Positions 15,919 to 18,307 of a stretch of DNA of 18,307 bases are shown here, piece by piece. This DNA comes from Candidatus Hydrogenedentota bacterium (GTDB taxonomy: Bacteria; Hydrogenedentota; Hydrogenedentia; Hydrogenedentales; SLHB01), in the NCBI GenBank assembly GCA_045863295.1, contig BTWA01000064.1, positions 1 to 18,307 of the forward strand. The letters run 5' to 3'. Numbering within the stretch: position 1 is the first letter of the stretch; every line of letters begins with the position of its first letter. A model generated the notes under the pieces. It worked only from the letters and a program-made list of their open reading frames with translations. It had not been told where the DNA came from and did not search any database. The position numbers and the translations under genes are program-made.

Positions 15919-17691
15919 TTGAGCCGGAAGCCGTTCGTTCGATGGCAAGGCTACCAGAGAGGACACCGATTGCATATCTCGCGAACCAAGGTGGCGCACC
16001 TGACACTCGTTGCGGTTGTCGTAGCGACAACATTACCCTATTCCTTCAACCTTGTTTCTTTCTTTCACGCAAAAGAAGCATGCCTCGCGCTGGCCCTGTT
16101 GCCCCTCGCAATTACATTGTCAATATGCGGAGCCGACTTTCGTGATGGTGTCCGTTCATGGATGCCCCTGTGGGTGTTGTGGATTGCCGCATGGGTACTG
16201 TTGCCACTGCACCGCTTGCCACAAGATCGCTGGCCAGCGACTATTGAACTGGTGCGCATCGCCTCTATTTTACTTTGCTTAACGATGTGCCAGCCAATGA
16301 TAAATGCCCAAGGTGGAAAACAAGTAGTGTGGGGGGCGCTGATGGCATCGTCTGTGTTGGCGGCCGCCCTTGCCATCCTTCAGTTTGGTGGCCTGATTCC
16401 AATCCTGTTTCCGGCTTTTGGCGTCTCCACATCGCCTGTATATTCAGTTTTTGGAAACCCCGATCTGCTTGGTGGGTACGCGACCATGGCATTACCCTTG
16501 TGGATACGGGCAATTCTTCGATCACAAACAAGCGGTTGGAGATTTGCGAGTCTGGTGGCCGGGGCATCCACAGTCGCCGCCGCACTCGTGTTGTCCGGTT
16601 CCCGAAGTGCTTGGCTCGCAGCCATAGCTGCAATTCCACTGGCGCTTTGGGGCCTGCCACGATGCCAAAATGATAGCCGCGAACCATGGAAGCTCCGCCA
16701 CTTCCTCTCGCTCGCTTTGATCGCGGCCGTCGTCTTTAGCTGCATACTGTTGGCCCCCGGCGTTTCTTTAGAACGATTTTGGTCCGCCTTCTCTGACACG
16801 GACAACGGCATACACCTTCGTTACTGGTTTTATGCGGCTGCCATATGCATGTGGAAGGATCATTGGTTCATCGGCACGGGACCAGCCGCCTATGCCTATT
16901 GGAGTCCCATCTATCAGGGCGATGTACTCTGGCGCAGCCTCGAAGGGCGGTTTCTGTTCAATGAAACTCATACCGACTATCTCCACTGTGACCCGCTCCA
17001 GATAGCAATCGAGTATGGTCTGCCTGGCGTGATTTGTTGCTTATGGTTCCTCCAGCGATTGATTCGACGTCGGGGATATGAAATGCCGTCTCTTCTGGCG
17101 CTGGGCCTGTTCAGCCTTCTCAATTTTCCCTTGTTTAGCACACCGCACGCGCTGGCGGCAGGGTTTCTCGCTGGAGCGTTGCTTGCAGATCAAAAGGAAT
17201 TCCAGCGTAAACAGCCCAAGTTGAACATCGTAGCAACTGTCTTTTCATTGTTGCTGGCAGCCACGACGCTGTACTGCTCGACATGGCCCAGTTACCAACT
17301 GCGGCAAGCCATGGACTCCCATCTCGCTAACACAGACACTGCCCTTACCGCCTATGAGAATATGAAAAGCAAGGTGACTGTGTTGCCGCCGAAAGCGCAC
17401 GAGAAGTATGCGATTGCCTTGATCGAATCCGGAGAATACAGCAAGGCAAGGCATGAACTTCATGCGGCTCTGCGCGGGCTGGATACCGGCGGCATACACC
17501 TCGCCCTTGGTGTAGTCGCCTTGCAACAAGGCGACAAGACGGTCGCCCTGAAACATCTTGAGGAGTGTGTGATGCGTTGGCCTGCGAATGGGCTTGCATG
17601 GAAGCTAATCATGGAACTGACCCCACAGGAGCAGCGAGGAAGCGTACGCAAGAGGGCCGGGCGCTGGTTGGAAGGTGCCGACGCTTCTTGA
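15919..17691 (+). CDS. O-antigen ligase (Wzy_C) family membrane protein with C-terminal TPR-like repeats
   Basis: Many TM helices; SVFGNPDLLGGY, LSGSRSAWLA, FIGTGPAAY, HCDPLQIAIEYGLPG; helical TPR-like tail. Start codon uncertain (TTG 15919 or a downstream GTG). Confidence 0.82.
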   Translation: MSRKPFVRWQGYQRGHRLHISRTKVAHLTLVAVVVATTLPYSFNLVSFFHAKEACLALALLPLAITLSICGADFRDGVRSWMPLWVLWIAAWVLLPLHRLPQDRWPATIELVRIASILLCLTMCQPMINAQGGKQVVWGALMASSVLAAALAILQFGGLIPILFPAFGVSTSPVYSVFGNPDLLGGYATMALPLWIRAILRSQTSGWRFASLVAGASTVAAALVLSGSRSAWLAAIAAIPLALWGLPRCQNDSREPWKLRHFLSLALIAAVVFSCILLAPGVSLERFWSAFSDTDNGIHLRYWFYAAAICMWKDHWFIGTGPAAYAYWSPIYQGDVLWRSLEGRFLFNETHTDYLHCDPLQIAIEYGLPGVICCLWFLQRLIRRRGYEMPSLLALGLFSLLNFPLFSTPHALAAGFLAGALLADQKEFQRKQPKLNIVATVFSLLLAATTLYCSTWPSYQLRQAMDSHLANTDTALTAYENMKSKVTVLPPKAHEKYAIALIESGEYSKARHELHAALRGLDTGGIHLALGVVALQQGDKTVALKHLEECVMRWPANGLAWKLIMELTPQEQRGSVRKRAGRWLEGADAS

Positions 17692-17729
17692 CATACGCAA
17701 TCAGGCAGTGCACTACAGGCGACCTGCTC

Positions 17730-18305
17730 TTAAAGCGGCGGTTGTTCGTCTGGCTGTTCACGAACTTCGGTTATCACGGCACGTAAAACCCCACTCACTT
17801 CCAAACCTATCCCAAGCCCGCGCCGGCCGCGGACACGCAATAAGTAAGGTGTTCCGGGAGTTACGGCAAGGGTGATTTCGTAGGGAGGAGTCGCTGAGCG
17901 TGCAATCTCGCGACTTTCGGATTCCAACGACATCTCCAATGTCGAAAGTTGGGTTTCGCCGGTGAGCCGAATAGTAGAGAATTCCCCTAGTTTGTCCACT
18001 GCGGCTTGGCCCGTACTCTGCCACTGTATCGACCAGGCTGCAGGGATGGCCTGAACCGGACCGGTAAATGGATCACGGTTCGTACCCGCTCCCGAATTCG
18101 AGCGTACATACTGAATTACACGCACCATGTCCGCCATGTCTTCTTGCCCAACTATGGCGGCATAGGTACTGGCGGTCGCTGTTCCGAGAAGGACAACAAG
18201 CAGTACGGCGGCCAGGCACTTCGCTTTTATACTCATATTCGAGATGCCGAAAGGCAATACGACCGCGACCATCACAGGTACAAACAATACGGACGGCAAC
18301 CACTC
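17730..18305 (-). CDS. Hypothetical membrane protein, 3' part only
   Basis: The frame stays open to the window edge (EWLPSVLF...). Two hydrophobic segments are followed by a soluble beta-rich tail; convergent with the ligase gene. Confidence 0.6.
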   Translation of the reverse strand, partial: EWLPSVLFVPVMVAVVLPFGISNMSIKAKCLAAVLLVVLLGTATASTYAAIVGQEDMADMVRVIQYVRSNSGAGTNRDPFTGPVQAIPAAWSIQWQSTGQAAVDKLGEFSTIRLTGETQLSTLEMSLESESREIARSATPPYEITLAVTPGTPYLLRVRGRRGLGIGLEVSGVLRAVITEVREQPDEQPPL

Positions 18306-18307
18306 CA

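Overview
The window spans the junction between a tRNA-anchored genomic island and ordinary-looking chromosome. Read on the minus strand from tRNA-Asp(GTC) (13546-13622), it contains: a tyrosine integrase cut off after its core-binding domain; a ~70-bp composite site (palindrome with 7-bp spacer, then an 18-bp exact core); ~680 bp of non-coding DNA with a candidate structured RNA; a 3045-aa surface protein; a second copy of the same site; an AbiEi/AbiEii type IV toxin-antitoxin pair; a 15-bp near-copy of the tRNA 3' end (candidate att, 1096-1110); and a degenerate IS3-family transposase. The giant protein has 14 FG-GAP repeats, two apparently circularly permuted proprotein-convertase P-domains inserted inside blades, a C13/clan CD protease domain and a C-terminal membrane anchor. 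Beyond the tRNA lie a YiiX/YebB-like permuted NlpC/P60 lipoprotein, a DUF3810-like HExxH protein, an O-antigen-ligase-family/TPR protein and a partial membrane protein. The most notable signals are the direct-repeat sites that bracket the giant gene (one coinciding with the integrase break) and the permuted P-domain insertions. All family calls come from motif recognition by eye, not from database searches.
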